In this document: positions 28,360-37,854 of the stretch, piece after piece
How the letters are laid out: every line of letters starts with the position of its first letter
How positions within the stretch are numbered: position 1 is the stretch's first letter
From: Ignavibacteriota bacterium
GTDB taxonomy: Bacteria; Bacteroidota; Ignavibacteria; UBA10030; SZUA-254
Length of the DNA stretch: 64,000 nt
Direction: 5' to 3'
NCBI GenBank assembly: GCA_963727845.1
Contig: CAVSHI010000003.1
Coordinates: 787,764-851,763 of the forward strand
Program-made: the position numbers and the translations under genes
Notes under the pieces: model-generated
Told to the model about the DNA's origin: nothing
Database searches by the model: none
The model's input: the letters and a program-made list of their open reading frames with translations, nothing else

Positions 28360-28486
28360 CACGAGCTTCATCTCGTGAACATGGCCAATTGCATCCTCTC
28401 GAACTGAAGTTCGAGACACATCTCACGAGCTTCATCTCGTGAACATGGCCAATCGCAACCCCTCGAACTGAAGTTCGAGACACATC
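28360..28486. repeat. tandem REP units (2 x 62 bp) 5' of the RAYT gene
   Basis: Each unit is cacgagcttcatctcgtg (6-bp stem) + aacatggccaat + ctcgaactgaagttcgag (7-bp stem) + acacatc. The two copies differ at about 5 positions. Confidence 0.75.
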
Positions 28487-28493
28487 CTTCGAG

Positions 28494-30170
28494 CTAAGAT
28501 TCGGGATGCATCGGGATTTTCACCCCGAACTTCTTGGCGTTTTCAATCGCCCGATCGTAACCTGCATCTGCATGCCGCACAATACCCATTCCGGGGTCGT
28601 AGGTTAACACCCGCTCCAGCCGTCGTTCGGCCTCTTTAGTCCCGTCGGCAACAACCACCATACCCGCGTGAATCGACATCCCGATGCCGACACCACCGCC
28701 ATGGTGTACGCTTACCCAACTGGCGCCGCCAACAGCGTTGAGCAGCGCGTTCAGTATGGGCCAATCGGCAATGGCGTCGCTTCCATCCTTCATCTTTTCC
28801 GTCTCGCGGTTCGGCGATGCAACCGAACCACAGTCGAGATGGTCTCTTCCAATAACAATCGGGGCTTTAATCTCACCGCGGGCGACGAAGCTATTGAAGA
28901 TTTTTCCCATCTTCGCCCGTTCGCCGTAACCGAGCCAGCATATGCGCGAGGGCAGACCCTGGAACTTCACTTGCTTCTGCGCCTTCTCAATCCATCGGCA
29001 GAGGGGCTTGTTCTCCGGAAATGTTTCGAGAATAGCACGATCGGTTCTGTAGATGTCTTCCGGATCTCCGGAGAGCGCCGCCCAACGGAATGGACCTTTC
29101 CCGTCGCAGAACAGGGGACGAATGTATTCGGGCACGAAGCCTGGGATCTCGAACGCGTTTTCCACGCCGCTCGCGAGCGCTTCGCCCCTGATATTGTTGC
29201 CGTAATCGAACGTCACAGCGCCGCGTTTCTTCAATTCAAGCATGGCCCGCACATGTTCGACAATGGAAGCTCTCGCCATGGCAATGTATTTCTCCGGTTT
29301 CATTTTTCGAAGCGCAAGCGCTTCATCATACGGAATACCGTGCGGGACGTAGCCGTTGAGAGTATCATGAGCCGAGGTCTGGTCGGTAAGAACGTCCGGT
29401 GTGATTCCCCGACGAACAAGCTCCGGTAAGACGTTGGCTGCATTCCCGAGAAGAGCAACTGACACCGGTTCTTTCTTCAATTGTCCATCGTTAATCCATT
29501 GAAGCGCTTCATCGAGGCTCTTCGTTGTCTTATCGACATACTTTGTATCCAATCGCTTTTCAATTCTCAGGGGATCCACTTCAACCGCGAGGCACGCCGC
29601 GCCGTTCATTGTGGCCGCGAGCGGCTGTGCGCCACCCATGCCTCCGAGGCCGGAAGTGAGTAAGAATCTTCCGGCGAGCGAACCATGGAAGTACTTTTCA
29701 CCCGCAGCCGCGAATGTCTCGTATGTTCCCTGCAAAATCCCCTGCGTGCCGATGTAGATCCAACTGCCCGCTGTCATCTGTCCGTACATCGTAAGGCCCA
29801 GCGCTTCGAGCCGCCGAAATTCATCCCATGTTGCCCAGTGGGGAACCAGCATTGCATTGGAGATGAGCACGCGCGGCGCATCGGGGTACGTCTTGAAAAC
29901 GCCCACGGGCTTTCCGGATTGGACGAGAAGAGTTTCATCGTTCCCAAGAGTTTTGAGAGTTCGGACGATGGCCTCGTAGCATTCCCAGTTGCGCGCTGCT
30001 TTTCCCGTGCCGCCGTATACTATAAGTTCATCCGGCTTTTCTGCGACTTCAGCATCAAGATTGTTCATCAACATCCGCATCGCCGCTTCCTGCAGCCAGC
30101 CTTTGCAACTGAGTTGGGTACCGTGTGGGGCTTTGATATTAGTGTGGTGGTCTGTCATTGTTTCTCCCAA
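28494..30170 (-). CDS. hutU: urocanate hydratase
   Basis: [45 protein letters not shown]...[12 protein letters not shown] matches the HutU N-terminus and NAD-binding region. Confidence 0.9.
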   Translation of the reverse strand: MGETMTDHHTNIKAPHGTQLSCKGWLQEAAMRMLMNNLDAEVAEKPDELIVYGGTGKAARNWECYEAIVRTLKTLGNDETLLVQSGKPVGVFKTYPDAPRVLISNAMLVPHWATWDEFRRLEALGLTMYGQMTAGSWIYIGTQGILQGTYETFAAAGEKYFHGSLAGRFLLTSGLGGMGGAQPLAATMNGAACLAVEVDPLRIEKRLDTKYVDKTTKSLDEALQWINDGQLKKEPVSVALLGNAANVLPELVRRGITPDVLTDQTSAHDTLNGYVPHGIPYDEALALRKMKPEKYIAMARASIVEHVRAMLELKKRGAVTFDYGNNIRGEALASGVENAFEIPGFVPEYIRPLFCDGKGPFRWAALSGDPEDIYRTDRAILETFPENKPLCRWIEKAQKQVKFQGLPSRICWLGYGERAKMGKIFNSFVARGEIKAPIVIGRDHLDCGSVASPNRETEKMKDGSDAIADWPILNALLNAVGGASWVSVHHGGGVGIGMSIHAGMVVVADGTKEAERRLERVLTYDPGMGIVRHADAGYDRAIENAKKFGVKIPMHPES

Positions 30171-30237
30171 AGGTCATTGCGATGGCGCCGACCTGTCCGC
30201 CGTCTTTTGGGCGGAAGGCGCCAGAAGCAATCCGATG

Positions 30238-30525
30238 TTATAATTCATAGTACAAATCTCTCCAGTTCTTGTTCATTCGCTCCACGAGCTCAATCTTATC
30301 CTTCCGGGAACCGGCTTTGATTTGTTTCTCTCTCGCAATCGCATTATACGAGTCTCGAAAAACTTCGTAGTAAACCAATTTGGTTATATTGTAACGTTTT
30401 GTAAAACCATCAACCATTTTCTCTTTATGCTCAAATACTCTTTTCAGCAAATTACTCGTCACGCCGGTGTATAGGACACTATTATGCTTGTTGGTCATGA
30501 TATACACGTAGTACTGCTTGTCCAT
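30238..30525 (-). CDS. GIY-YIG nuclease superfamily protein (stand-alone, 95 aa)
   Basis: YYVYIMTNKHNSVLYTGVTSNLLKRVFEHK carries the GIY-YIG motifs plus the conserved Arg and Glu. Confidence 0.75.
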   Translation of the reverse strand: MDKQYYVYIMTNKHNSVLYTGVTSNLLKRVFEHKEKMVDGFTKRYNITKLVYYEVFRDSYNAIAREKQIKAGSRKDKIELVERMNKNWRDLYYEL

Positions 30526-30678
30526 AATCGTGCTCTCAACAGGCCGTCAGATTGTGAGCGCCTTCCGCCTACGCTTCGGCGGACAAGATGGCGCCATGGC
30601 GCGCCGCGCCACTTCGTCATCCACCTCCCGCCAAGAACATGGCGACCAAGTCGGTGGATTCCTCGCAATGACACTAGG

Positions 30679-33306
30679 CTACTCATCCGCCGTCATAGTG
30701 ACGTTTCGAATGCTCGGCATCAACAAAACGCTGTTCAGAAATACCTTGTTAAGGCTTTCCCAGAATAGCCGGAAGTTCGGGTCATCGGCGAACAGGATAA
30801 TATTTCCCGAGCCGAGCTGTTCGTGAATGAGGAATGGAGTATCTTCCAGCTTCTTCTCGTTCTCCTTCGACATGTACCCGCTCAACCGCGGCGATTTCGT
30901 ATAGATGCCTACATTATACCCTTTTCCGCTCAACTCGAAGGCCGTACCGGATGTCTTGAAAACTGCTATGCTCGTATCATAGCCAAACCCCAGGGGATGA
31001 GAGATATCCAGTTTTACACGCACCATCGTCCCCGGGATGGAGGCCAGTCGATTTTTTCGTTCGCGTTCTTCGACCGTCATACGCTTCTGCAATTCCTCCT
31101 CGGAGAGCTTTCCATCCTTGCCTCCGGCAGTATCCTTCTTCTCTTCCTTGAACTTTACGCTTGCGATTTTTCCTACGCTCGCCGAAGCAAACGCCGCCCC
31201 TCCTTCAATGCCGATAAATGCCCCGCCGCCCGCGATCCATGTCTTGATTTTTTGAATCACATTTGAATCAAGCTGATTTTGATATCCTTTTCCGTCTGCG
31301 TTGTTGTCCGGGGCAACGAGCGCCGTGTAATCGTGAAGGTCCGCATTCCGGAGTTGAGCAACCTTCATGGGAACAAAATCGATCCCGTACTGCATGTCGA
31401 ACATTGCCCAGATTGCGCCGTATGATTCGGAATTCACCGGTGAGCCGGTAAGGACAATAATTCTCGGCTTCTTCAACTTCACGACCCGGTCCGAACCGAG
31501 ATTGATACCGCTTTGAGTGAAACCACTATTTGACGAGTAGACCTTCAGCGAGAACTTCTGTGAAAGTTGTTTCATGCGCTCGTCAAGGTCGGGTTTATTT
31601 TCATGTACAAAGACAACGATTGTTCCGCGCGAAAACGAATCGCCGTTCAGGCTGAATGGCTTCATTGACACATGCGCTTTGTAATCATTCTGGAGCAGCC
31701 AGGCCAGCGCCCTGACAGCATCGTTGGAATTCCACTTGAAGAGATAGGCATAGGACGCTGTTCCGCCGATGATATCGCCGCGGGGGAACTCAATCTCCTC
31801 GACTTTTTTTGTCGGCACGTTTATCGATTTCCCGCTCCAATACGCTTCTACTCCATATGCAACCGGGAGCGCCCAGGCTGAGATATCATAAAAAAAGGTG
31901 TCGCTCATCGCCGGTTCTTGCTCCATCAGCGCCATAATCAAGTGCTTTGCGGGTTGATCGAGCGGGATGATGTAGCTTCCCTGCGGAAATTTCCTGGTGA
32001 CCGGCTTCGCCGAGAAGTATGTCGACACACCCTCCGCTGAGAACTCTTTTTCTGATTGCAGCAGTTCAATACCCTGGTCTTTCAGGAGCGAAGCCACTCG
32101 GGCCGCCTGAGCCGGGCCGGAAGTCGGGTCGACAATGAAGGATCTCACCGGTCCCGATTTCCCCTCCTCAATACCGTCTTTGAAGAATTGATAAAAATCG
32201 CGGAGGCGTTTTTCCTTCTGTTCCGATGTGGCTTTCAACGTCGCGAAGGATGTTGTCGAATGGTGTTCGAGTCGATCCTTCAACGTCAGAACGGTCTCGT
32301 CGGTGCGTTTGACCCTGACGCCCACATTCCCTGCCTGCTCGTAGGTCATGCCGATTGCACCGCTCAGTGAGGGCCAGGAATCCCCGTACCCCGGGTAAAA
32401 AAAGTCAAATTCTTCACCTGTCCAATAATTCCACCCCTTGGCATCGAAGGCTGCGGCATTTGCCTTGCCGTAAATTTCACCCCACTCCACGGTGCTCTTT
32501 GGAAAATTCTTGTTGATCGGTTTGAAGGAGGGGAAGAAGAAGTACGAGCTGTTGTATCCCATCTCATGAAAGTCGACAACCACTTGCGGCTTCCATTCCT
32601 GATATACTTTGACGCGCGCCCGGCTCTCCTTTTGCGTCAGCCAGGCCCAGTCACGATTGAGGTCGAAAAGGTAATGGTTCGTTCTGCCGGACGGCCAATC
32701 TTCATTATGTTCGACGGCGTTCCTGTCCTCGACCGGCCGCGCGCCCGAATGCGTCAATTCAAAGTTGACATAACGCTCGTGTCCGTCCGGATTCAACAGG
32801 GGGTCGATCACGATGACCAGGTTCTTTAACAACGATTGAACCTCTTCGTCATTGCGTGAAACGAGCTGGTACAGCACGTTGAGCGCGGCTTCCGAGCTTG
32901 ACGCTTCATTCCCGTGGACTCCATAAGAGAGCCACACAATAGCAGGACTTGATTTGATGATCCTGTCGGATTCCGCCTCGGAAATTATTCTCGGGTCCGC
33001 TAACTTCCGGATATCCGACTTGATCTCCTGAAGCCGGGCGAGATTCTCCGGAGAGCTGACCACCGCCAGATAGAGTTTTCTGCCCTCGTAGGTCTCTCCG
33101 TACGAAAGCACCTGTAATCGATCCTTCGCTGCATCGCGAAGGGCAAACAGATATTTCTCGATGCCCGCGTGAGATGTATATTTGTGACCGAGTTCGTACC
33201 CGAGAACTTGTTTTGGCGACGGAACAGCCTGGTTCGCCGGCGGCTGCGCAAGCAGACTGCCGTACACAAGCGCGAGAAGCAGGAGAATTTGTTTCATTCG
33301 ATTCAC
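30679..33306 (-). CDS. secreted M14-family zinc carboxypeptidase-like protein (875 aa)
   Basis: Signal peptide; LSYGVHGNEASSSEAAL holds the HxxE zinc ligands of M14, followed by a long C-terminal extension. Confidence 0.8.
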   Translation of the reverse strand: MNRMKQILLLLALVYGSLLAQPPANQAVPSPKQVLGYELGHKYTSHAGIEKYLFALRDAAKDRLQVLSYGETYEGRKLYLAVVSSPENLARLQEIKSDIRKLADPRIISEAESDRIIKSSPAIVWLSYGVHGNEASSSEAALNVLYQLVSRNDEEVQSLLKNLVIVIDPLLNPDGHERYVNFELTHSGARPVEDRNAVEHNEDWPSGRTNHYLFDLNRDWAWLTQKESRARVKVYQEWKPQVVVDFHEMGYNSSYFFFPSFKPINKNFPKSTVEWGEIYGKANAAAFDAKGWNYWTGEEFDFFYPGYGDSWPSLSGAIGMTYEQAGNVGVRVKRTDETVLTLKDRLEHHSTTSFATLKATSEQKEKRLRDFYQFFKDGIEEGKSGPVRSFIVDPTSGPAQAARVASLLKDQGIELLQSEKEFSAEGVSTYFSAKPVTRKFPQGSYIIPLDQPAKHLIMALMEQEPAMSDTFFYDISAWALPVAYGVEAYWSGKSINVPTKKVEEIEFPRGDIIGGTASYAYLFKWNSNDAVRALAWLLQNDYKAHVSMKPFSLNGDSFSRGTIVVFVHENKPDLDERMKQLSQKFSLKVYSSNSGFTQSGINLGSDRVVKLKKPRIIVLTGSPVNSESYGAIWAMFDMQYGIDFVPMKVAQLRNADLHDYTALVAPDNNADGKGYQNQLDSNVIQKIKTWIAGGGAFIGIEGGAAFASASVGKIASVKFKEEKKDTAGGKDGKLSEEELQKRMTVEERERKNRLASIPGTMVRVKLDISHPLGFGYDTSIAVFKTSGTAFELSGKGYNVGIYTKSPRLSGYMSKENEKKLEDTPFLIHEQLGSGNIILFADDPNFRLFWESLNKVFLNSVLLMPSIRNVTMTADE

Positions 33307-33797
33307 TTCGATTTATAGGCAATTGCTGAAATCTCGACATGCGCCTCGCGCGGCAACGCGGCCACCTGCACGGTCGCCCTTGCAGGATAGTTTCCCGCCT
33401 GGAAGTACCCGCCGTAGGTTGTATTCACCTTCGGGTAATCCGCGATATCTTTCAGATAGATTGTCGTGGACACGACATCGCTGGAATCGAACCCGGCGTT
33501 ATGCAATACCATCATAAGATTTTCGAGGGCCTGGCGGGTTTCAACTTCAATGTCTTTATTTTCCAGCAAGCCCGTTTGTTGATTAAGTGCGATTTGTCCC
33601 GAGACAAAAAGAAGGTTGCCGAGCTTCTGCGCAGGACTATAGGGGCCAACGGTATACGCATCCAGCATCGCCGTGCGTTTCATAGCGGAGGCAAGTTCTT
33701 CTTTCACAATTACACGTATGCGGTCATCGTTGGTCTGGCACCCCTGAACAACGATACTCGATAACAACGCCAAGAATATGAGGCTTCTGTTGATCAT
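33303..33797 (-). CDS. RidA/YjgF family protein with N-terminal signal peptide/lipobox
   Basis: PYSPAQKLGNLLFVSGQIAL...ATVQVAALPREAHVEI is the RidA fold signature, and the N-terminus LLSSIVVQGCQ indicates export. Confidence 0.75.
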   Translation of the reverse strand: MINRSLIFLALLSSIVVQGCQTNDDRIRVIVKEELASAMKRTAMLDAYTVGPYSPAQKLGNLLFVSGQIALNQQTGLLENKDIEVETRQALENLMMVLHNAGFDSSDVVSTTIYLKDIADYPKVNTTYGGYFQAGNYPARATVQVAALPREAHVEISAIAYKSK

Positions 33798-33828
33798 AGC
33801 GGTCTCCTATACTTTAAGAAGTGATGGT

Positions 33829-34311
33829 TTACAATTTGTATCCTATCTTCCTCAAGAATTCTTTTCTCGATTTGATATCGGCTTCCGTTTCGATCCCTTT
33901 CGCTTTCACCCCGTCGATCACACCCATGATCCCCCGGCCCCGGTCCGTCTCTGCTACGACGACTTCGACGGGATTGGCGGTTGCACAGTAGATCGTGCAC
34001 ACCTCGGAGAGATTTTTGATCGCGTTGAGAATGTTGAGCGGGAATCCGCCCTCCATGAACAAAATAAAACAGTGCCCGCAGGAAATATTCAGCGCATTCT
34101 TCCTGGCGATATCCATGAGATTGCCGTCGTTTCCCGTAAATCGTACAAGTGCCGGCCCCGACGATTCGCAAAACGCAAGACCGAATTTCATACCGGGATT
34201 CGTGGCGACAACCGCTTCATGCATGTCCTCGACCGTCTTAATAAAATGTGCCTGACCGAGAATGAAATTCATATCGGTTGGTTTGTCTACGTCGACAATT
34301 TTCAGTTCCAT
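33829..34311 (-). CDS. conserved hypothetical protein (possibly adenosine-specific kinase family, PF04008-like)
   Basis: 160 aa; MELKIVDVDKPTDMNFILGQAHFIKTVEDMHEA. The family assignment is from memory of that family's N-terminal pattern only. Confidence 0.4.
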   Translation of the reverse strand: MELKIVDVDKPTDMNFILGQAHFIKTVEDMHEAVVATNPGMKFGLAFCESSGPALVRFTGNDGNLMDIARKNALNISCGHCFILFMEGGFPLNILNAIKNLSEVCTIYCATANPVEVVVAETDRGRGIMGVIDGVKAKGIETEADIKSRKEFLRKIGYKL

Positions 34312-35019
34312 ATCATGCTCCTGTGTTCGTGATATCCCTGCTTATGCCGGAAGATTTTTCTCCTGGACCGGTTGTGCCATGCCTCAGCTCGATGAAGCCG
34401 CCCTAGAGCCAATCGAACATCACCAACTGCGGGTCGAAACCGACGGTTACAACTCTGAACGCCATTGGAGAAAACACCGAGTGAGCGGGCCGGCAGTTGA
34501 GATCCCCGGTGAGGCTCTCTGCGATGGACCACGTTTGATTCATTAAGTCCGACGCCTTCAAGGTACGAATTTTTTCTGCCCAAAATCAAGCCGAATATTC
34601 GAATTTTCCGCTATTTTTCGGGAATCCCAGGGAAACGAAGGGAATTGACTTGCCTCTGGCGGGGAAAATTCGTATGTTTACAACACAAATAACAGTACAC
34701 CGTTTTTGTCCCAAGGGCTCCATTGGAGCGTGTTGGGAGATGGTTTTGCCAATCGGAAAGAAGTGGTAAGGCCACGCTTTTAAGTTGTAGCTGCAGATGT
34801 AATTCCCGTGTTTGGTTCAGTCCTGCCTGAGGCGGGACATTCTTTCGTTGAACACTCCACGAGATTCGTCATCGCTAGCTGAAGTACCGCTGACAGGCGA
34901 TATTCCTGTTCAGAATTTCCGCACGTATGAACGCGCACCTACAGCGGAGCTAATGAGTTAAAAGCCAAAAAGTTCTGGCGCGAAGCCTCGGGTACATTTT
35001 TATTGATCTATCTGAAAGG

Positions 35020-35214
35020 ATGTTTTTCATGGAACAGGGAACTGTGAAGTGGTTCAATGGAGCCAAAGGTTACGGCTTCATTACGCGTCAAAATGGAGAA
35101 GACGTGTTCGTTCACTTCAAGGCGATTGTCGGCGAAGGCTACAAAACCTTGAGTGAGGGCGACAAGGTCCAGTTTGACGTTCCAGCAGGGGCCCAAAGGA
35201 TTACAAGCAGCTAA
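35020..35214 (+). CDS. cold-shock protein (CspA family) with apparent 1-nt frameshift altering the last ~13 codons
   Basis: RNP1/RNP2 motifs (KGYGFI, VFVHF) are intact. The canonical C-terminus [15 protein letters not shown] is encoded in the -1 frame from about 35182. Confidence 0.7.
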   Translation: MFFMEQGTVKWFNGAKGYGFITRQNGEDVFVHFKAIVGEGYKTLSEGDKVQFDVPAGAQRITSS

Positions 35215-35250
35215 TGTAACGAAGATATAGCGTAACTCTTGAACATCAAA

Positions 35251-35288
35251 CCCCAGTCGCCTGCTACTGCGGACTGGGGTTTTTTATT
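35251..35288 (+). terminator. Rho-independent terminator after csp1
   Basis: ccccagtc-gcctgctactgcg-gactgggg followed by TTTTTTATT. Confidence 0.6.
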
Positions 35289-35308
35289 AATCATGAAAAG
35301 GAAGAACT

Positions 35309-35512
35309 ATGCAGCAGGGTGTTGTTAAATTTTATAATTCAACAAAAGGATTCGGATTTATCACGGCAGAAACCGGCGAGGATATTTTCTTTCATAAAAG
35401 CAACGTGAAGAACACGGGATTTCGCGATATGCTGGTCAAGGGAGATAACGTTCAGTATGAATTGAAACAAGACCAGAAGGGAAAGCGAGCATACAACATC
35501 GTGCGTGTGTGA
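35309..35512 (+). CDS. cold-shock protein (CspA family)
   Basis: 67 aa; VVKFYNSTKGFGFITAETGEDIFFH...GDNVQYEL. Confidence 0.85.
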   Translation: MQQGVVKFYNSTKGFGFITAETGEDIFFHKSNVKNTGFRDMLVKGDNVQYELKQDQKGKRAYNIVRV

Positions 35513-35542
35513 GCACGATGAGTCGATCGCCAGAAAAACAAA

Positions 35543-35575
35543 AACGCCCCGACTCACTTCTGGGGCGTTTGTCTT
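35543..35575. terminator. bidirectional terminator between csp2 (+) and serS (-)
   Basis: aacgcccc-gactcacttct-ggggcgtt with T-rich flanks on both strands (tttgtcttt on the plus strand; the reverse-complemented aaaaacaaaaa tract on the minus strand). Confidence 0.55.
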
Positions 35576-35600
35576 TACAGCCGGAATGGTAACACCTCGG

Positions 35601-36866
35601 CTACCCGATTACTTCAAACCCGGTGTACTTATGGAGGACCCTGGGAACAAGAACCTTTCCTTCCGGAGTCTGGTACAGTTCCAGTAACGCGGCGAGAACC
35701 CGGGGCAGGGCAAGTCCGGAACCGTTGAGAGTGTGGACAAATTCCGGCTTCCCCGCTCCTGACGGACGGAACCGAATGTTCATACGGCGCGCCTGGAAAG
35801 CTTCAAAATTGCTTATCGAGGAAACCTCCAACCAACGCTTTTGACCGATTGACCACACTTCCAGGTCATACTTTTTTGCCTGCGTGAATCCCATGTCCCC
35901 GCTGCACATCAGCAGCACATGGTACGGGAGACCCAGCAGGCGGAGCGCATGTTCCGCATCTTCCCGGAGACTTTCCAGCTCATTGTACGAAACTCCCGGA
36001 TGAACAAATTTCACGAGTTCCACTTTGTCAAACTGATGAACTCTGTTCAAACCTCGGACATCTTTTCCGTAGGAACCCGCCTCGCGCCGGAAACACGGTG
36101 TGTACGCACAGTATTTGACCGGCAGGTCGCCCTCCGCCAGCACTTCATCACGATGGATGTTCGTCACCGGGACCTCAGCGGTGGGAACAAGATACAATCC
36201 ATCCCGTGCCGCAACGTACATGAGGTCCTCCTTGTCCGGGAGCTGGCCCGTTCCGGTAGCGCTGGCTTCGTTGACCAGGAGCGGGGGCTGGACCTCCTGG
36301 TACCCGCGGGCAGAAGCTTCATCTAGGAAGAAATTGATAAGCGCCCGTTCAAGTTTCGCTCCCTTGTTCTTGTACACGGGGAACCCTGCCCCGGCAATCT
36401 TCGCGCCTCGCTCGAAGTCGATAATGTCAAGCTTCTCCGCAAGCTCCCAGTGCGGCTTCGGCTTGAAATCGATTACCGGTAGCTCCCCCCATTTTGCGGT
36501 CTCAACATTGTCTGCGGGAGTTTTTCCGACTGGAACGGACGGGTGCGGGACGTTAGGTATGGTCAGGAGCAGCTTGTTCAGTGCATCCTCGATCTTGTTC
36601 ACTTCATCGTCGAACGTTTTGATCTGAACTTTCACGGTTTCCATTTCGGCAATCGCCGACGAGGCATCCCCTCCGCTTTTCTTCAACTTTCCAATCTCCT
36701 CCGAAACGATATTCCGTCTATTCTTTAACAGCTCCCCTTTCTGCAAAAATTCGCGCCGCTGCGCATCGAGCTTCAGAACTTCGTCAATGCAATCATCCGC
36801 ACCTTTCTTGCGAATCCCTTCTTTGACAAGATCGGGATGATCGCGAATAAATTTTATGTCAAGCAT
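35601..36866 (-). CDS. serS: serine--tRNA ligase
   Basis: N-terminal coiled-coil and class II aaRS motifs (FRREAGSYGKDVRGLNRVHQFDKVE ... GSGLALPRVLAALLE). Confidence 0.9.
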   Translation of the reverse strand: MLDIKFIRDHPDLVKEGIRKKGADDCIDEVLKLDAQRREFLQKGELLKNRRNIVSEEIGKLKKSGGDASSAIAEMETVKVQIKTFDDEVNKIEDALNKLLLTIPNVPHPSVPVGKTPADNVETAKWGELPVIDFKPKPHWELAEKLDIIDFERGAKIAGAGFPVYKNKGAKLERALINFFLDEASARGYQEVQPPLLVNEASATGTGQLPDKEDLMYVAARDGLYLVPTAEVPVTNIHRDEVLAEGDLPVKYCAYTPCFRREAGSYGKDVRGLNRVHQFDKVELVKFVHPGVSYNELESLREDAEHALRLLGLPYHVLLMCSGDMGFTQAKKYDLEVWSIGQKRWLEVSSISNFEAFQARRMNIRFRPSGAGKPEFVHTLNGSGLALPRVLAALLELYQTPEGKVLVPRVLHKYTGFEVIG

Positions 36867-36884
36867 GATGGTGTTCTCAGGTCT

Positions 36885-37854
36885 TTATGATGGATACGTA
36901 TGGCGCTTTAACGAGCCGTCGTACTCAACGGAATTTTTCGTCCGGACATCGAGTTGATTCTTCAGCACTTCCAACCCATGGTCAATGCCGGATAGTTTTG
37001 CGCCGAGTTCTGTTTCCGCCTTGAGCGTAATGAAACCGGATTTCAGCGGGCGGGGTGCGAGTTGCTTCAATGCAGCGGTCTTAACGGGGGAAATGAGGCT
37101 TTTATCGAAGTTGAATGTCCGCGCAAGCGCCTGGGCAAAATCGAACCGGCTGACCAGATCCCGCCCGGCAATATGGTAAAGGCCCTGCCGGTCTAATTCG
37201 ACGATGTTCAGAATCGCGTAGGCCAGGTCATCGACGAGCGTTGGATTACCCATCTGATCATCGACAACCCTAAGGGGCTTCCCTTCGCCCAGATTCTTGA
37301 TCAGCCACAGTGCGAAGTTCTGCTTTACAGCGAGACCGGTACCGTAAAGAATCATTGTCCTCACGAGAGTGTACGGGATTTCGCTCGTGCGGAGGACATT
37401 TTCGCTTGCCAGTTTGGTTTTCCCGTAATATCCCAGGGGACTCGGGCGCGCCGATTCGTCGTAAGGACCATTCTTCCCGTCAAACACATAGTCAGTCGAA
37501 AGGTGTATGACATTTGCTCCGACCAGCTTGGCAGCGTACGCCAGATTTTCCACACCGCTGACATTCACTTTCCAGGCAAGTTCACGTTCCTTTTCGCAGA
37601 GATCAACATCCGTCACCGCGGCGGCATTGATGATCACTCCCGGTTCCAGCTCATCCACTACCTTCAGGACGTTCCTGCCTGCGAGTGATATCGAGTTGAA
37701 CATAGGGGAGAACCTCGTCGGGGAACACGGATTGTTCCTCCTGCGAAGCCAGAAGAACATCAAAATGTCCGCAGAGCGTAAACAACTCGGAGAGTTTCTG
37801 CCCTAATAGTCCGTTGCAGCCGACAATCAGGACGCGCTTCACGGGGGTTTTCAT
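36885..37854 (-). CDS. rfbD: dTDP-4-dehydrorhamnose reductase, interrupted by a single-nucleotide frameshift near 37690-37700
   Basis: The N-terminus (MKTPVKRVLIVGCNGLLGQKLSEL...VQLDIT) is ORF 37651-37854. The rest (NVLKVVDELEPGVIINAAAVTDVDLCE...STDYVFDG...) is ORF 36885-37763 in the +1 frame, and the junction lies inside cgcaggcaggaacg. Confidence 0.75.

Noticed and set aside
28289-28483. 64-aa ORF (MSRTSVRGVAIGHVHEMKLV...) and the similar N-terminal extensions of the RAYT (27688-28419) and protease (26374-27684) ORFs
   Set aside because: These peptides are translations of the tandem REP hairpins (the same IGHVHEMKLV repeats), not genes. The true starts lie outside the repeat arrays.
28360-28486. 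Possible CRISPR array
   Set aside because: Only two directly abutting 62-bp units with no spacers, each made of two hairpins. This is REP/BIME architecture, not repeat-spacer architecture, and there are no cas genes in the window.
34262-34589. Overlapping about 95-aa ORFs on both strands in the long csp upstream region
   Set aside because: No signal, no motifs, mutually overlapping; the region is treated as noncoding (see finding).
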